A stretch of DNA of 63,840 nucleotides, counting the filler, from Octopus bimaculoides (taxonomy: Eukaryota), in NCBI RefSeq assembly GCF_001194135.2. It is 7 parts of 6 records of this genome, joined end to end, with 100 filler letters (N's around TTAATTAATTAA, not from the genome) between each part and the next. Parts side by side here need not be neighbours in the genome. Positions count along the whole stretch, not along the records: positions 62,166 to 63,840 come from NC_068985.1; 6 more parts are not named here. The stretch is one strand, 5' to 3'. A program made the position numbers and the translations under genes. Positions 62,761-63,840 of this stretch are shown piece after piece. The notes below the pieces were generated by a model. It searched no databases and had not been told where the DNA came from. It saw only the letters and a list, made by a program, of their open reading frames with translations. The first letter of the stretch is position 1. Each line of letters opens with the position of its first letter.

Positions 62761-63840
62761 TTCTCCAGTACTGTTCTGACCTTGTCTACAGAATTCATAT
62801 TTTTTCCATCCAAATGATTTGAACACTGCGGAATAAATGTTAATCAGAAGGGGCAATGTCCGGCGAATATGATGGGTGGGGCATCGTTTCCCATTCAAAC
62901 TGCTCCAGCCTTTGGATTGTTATCCTTGCTGCATGTGGCCGAGCATTATCCTGATGGAAGAACATCTTTCATCTTGAAATCAAAGATGGTCATTTTCCTT
63001 CTAGTGCTAACTTAAACAGATCCCCTTTGTTATTGTTTGGTTTAGGCTTAAAATTTCAAAGTGTATTAAACCTTTTATATCCTACTAAACAGATAATAGC
63101 ACCTTACATGGGTGAAGACCTTTAGACTGTGGTGCCAGTGTTTATCTTTTCTCTCCCCACTGTCTTCAGCACTTGACAATTTTATTAGAGAACCCTTTTT
63201 TCATGACAAGTCACAGTTTGGTCCAAAAATGGTTCATTCCTGAGACGTGACAGCAAAGAAAGCACACATTTACTCTCTACATGCGGTTAGATTCGGAAAG
63301 TGTGTGAGGAACCCACTGACCCAATTTGCTGACTTTTCTGACGGCACACAAGTGTCAATAAATAGTTGAATGACCAAATCCAAGCTTCTCTGCTAGTTCT
63401 TCAACAGTTATATCGGATTTTGTTCCAGAAGGTTTTGCAAGACATCTTCATTGAGCTCCAGAGAACTTTCAGGATGAAGCTCATCTTCTAGGCTGTAGTT
63501 TCCAGCTCAGAATTTCTGGAACCACCATTGACATTAGCTTATGCTTATTGTCCAATCTCCATATACTGCATTAATATTCCTCACACTTTCTGTTGATTTG
63601 TTGCCTTTATTGAACTCATAAAGCAAAATATGCCGAATATGCTCATTTGTCACTTCCATTATAGCTTTGAAAAAATAACTGTTAAAATCGCACTCTGCGA
63701 AACTTGAATTAAGAATAAATATAAGGTAAAATTACTACCTGTTTTTATAACAAGTTGATGTAGGTAGTTTATCCTGTCCCCCTCCAACTTTTAGTTCATG
63801 CATTTAAAAAAAGCATATTATTTATGGGATGGCCTAATAT

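Larger units (their letters stand above)
62166..63839 (-). mobile_element. Near-complete mariner (Hsmar1/cecropia-like), decayed, split by a SINE insertion
   Basis: TIR TA|TTAGGCCATCCCATAAATAAT (63837) and ATCCCATATATAATGCAG (62166). MEVTNEHIRHILLYEF (ATG at 63659), LGQWVPHTL, HQDNARPH, YSPDIAPSD*HLF, LPDRWKNIVENEAEYILG* (stop at 62234-62236). Confidence 0.92.

Overview
Eukaryotic, AT-rich, gap-ridden scaffold with no recognisable intact host gene. The SINE families, microsatellite load and retroelement mix point to a coleoid cephalopod, most likely Octopus (inference). The window is a patchwork of di-, tri- and tetranucleotide repeats, several modular tRNA-derived SINE families and decayed transposons. 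These include Tigger/pogo, two mariners, hAT and Tc1/mariner MITEs, Helitron relics, an APE-type LINE fragment, about nine R4/Dong-like RLE retrotransposon relics often flanked by (TAA)n, and two Penelope-like (PLE) RT relics. The most interesting signal is a set of non-autonomous elements carrying minimal type I hammerhead ribozymes with palindromic stem III. One family is a tRNA-headed SINE with an internal microsatellite and a hammerhead tail (36.6 kb, 62.4 kb, relic at 26.5 kb). The other is a 315-bp element with 50-bp inverted termini around a GUC hammerhead (13.9-14.3 kb). Both show PLE-style inverted terminal segments. Nearly all long ORFs in the supplied track are artefacts of N-runs or simple repeats.
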